A DNA stretch of 64,000 nucleotides, taken from positions 1-64,000 of IMG/VR virus record IMGVR_UViG_3300020049_014895; one strand, 5' to 3'. Source of the stretch: a virus (Duplodnaviria; Caudoviricetes). Each line of letters begins with the position of its first letter. Positions within the stretch are counted from its first letter, which is position 1. The notes beneath the pieces were generated by a model. It saw nothing but the letters and a program-made list of their open reading frames with translations, searched no databases and had not been told where the DNA came from. Both the position numbers and the translations under genes were made by a program. This document shows positions 63,184 through 64,000 of the stretch, in pieces.

Positions 63184-63888
63184 TTAACATACGAATTTAG
63201 GGTTATCTGCTCCGGAGCTTTTCACCCTTTTGTCATCCAATGTTATTTTATTCTTTTCCTCAAACCACATCAAACATTTATTTAACCAATTAACCGGAAG
63301 ACCTTTTTTGTCGGTCCAATTCTCAGCGAGCCAATAATCGTAAAAATTTTGCGCACTTGCCTCGGTATATCCTTTTAATTTAAAATACTCCTTTACTTCT
63401 ATATTAGTTGGTATAGGATATTTTTTTTTATTTATATTATTAGATAGAGAGAAATTTTCTTTTTTCTCTTCTCTTGTTTTATTGTTTTCATTGTTATATT
63501 GTTTATCATTGTTGGTTGTGGTTAGTTGTTGGTTAGTTTGCTGGTTAGTTGTTGGTTGGTTTGCTGGTTGTTTTTTTACTTTATTTTGGTAATCGTCATA
63601 TTTTACAATAGTTACAAGGCTAAATTTGTTGGTTACTTTGATGGTTATTTCTCCGGTGTTTTGTAGGTTAGATAAAGCGGTTCTAATTGACTGCTCAGAT
63701 ATGCCAGTTTTGGCCTTTATTTTTAACCTTCCGGTTACTAATTGACCTCTTTTTATATTTAATCCGCGCCATTTTTTATCCTTGTGGTTAGCAGATACTA
63801 ATAAGAATAAAAAAACGTGAACCATATTAGAATCATTAAACCACTCCCAGTCTAATATTTTTCTATGCAATACAATAAAACCTTCCAT
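63184..63888 (-). CDS. Phage replication initiator / replisome organiser
   Basis: GFIVLHRKILDWEWF...LLVSANH...RGQLVTG N-terminus, iteron-rich linker, PTNIEVKEYF C-terminal domain. Confidence 0.8.
   Translation of the reverse strand: MEGFIVLHRKILDWEWFNDSNMVHVFLFLLVSANHKDKKWRGLNIKRGQLVTGRLKIKAKTGISEQSIRTALSNLQNTGEITIKVTNKFSLVTIVKYDDYQNKVKKQPANQPTTNQQTNQQLTTTNNDKQYNNENNKTREEKKENFSLSNNINKKKYPIPTNIEVKEYFKLKGYTEASAQNFYDYWLAENWTDKKGLPVNWLNKCLMWFEEKNKITLDDKRVKSSGADNPKFVC
63511..63570 (-). repeat. Iteron-like repeats inside the initiator gene
   Basis: GGTTAGTTGTTGGTT at 63520-63534 and 63543-63557 within a TGGTT-rich array. Confidence 0.6.
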
Positions 63889-64000
63889 TATAGAATATAT
63901 AATAAGGACCTACGACAAGCCAGGCGAATAACTATATCAAACGAGTTGAGAAGTTCTGCCTTGTTTTCGGTCCTATTTTTATAATATCTTAGTTGAGATC

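Overview
Phage DNA throughout, most likely from a Bacteroidota-infecting podovirus with a crAss-like virion module. The host is inferred from repeated TAnnTTTG promoter elements. Layout: (i) 1-4433, a very AT-rich replication block (SSB C-terminus, initiator with iterons, AAA helicase) ending in a DNA methyltransferase and a 277-aa tyrosine recombinase; (ii) 4430-15925 (+), a primase-helicase plus recombination and accessory genes; (iii) 15967-55817 (-), lysis, tail fibre/tip, ejection, tail, terminase, GroEL/GroES, capsid, scaffold and portal genes; (iv) 55932-62045 (+), nucleases, two more methyltransferases and a serine resolvase; (v) 62046-64000, a skew-flipped segment with an HTH gene and a second initiator. 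The top candidate for an undescribed system is a minimal integron-like unit at 2695-4433. The methyltransferase lies in an ~850-bp cassette bounded by 14/15-complementary core sites and carrying an attC-like hairpin. An attI-like site sits just upstream of a recombinase that lacks the IntI-specific insertion, and the cassette gene faces the opposite way to classical integron cassettes. Other highlights: a 23-bp late-promoter box in five copies, three structured leader RNAs with a shared architecture, an A10 frameshift joining the giant ejection protein to its N-terminus, a triple-GroES gene beside GroES/GroEL, a Tad1/Acb2-like candidate, a degenerate tRNA, and several single-lesion genes. All family calls are from motif recognition by eye; no searches were run.
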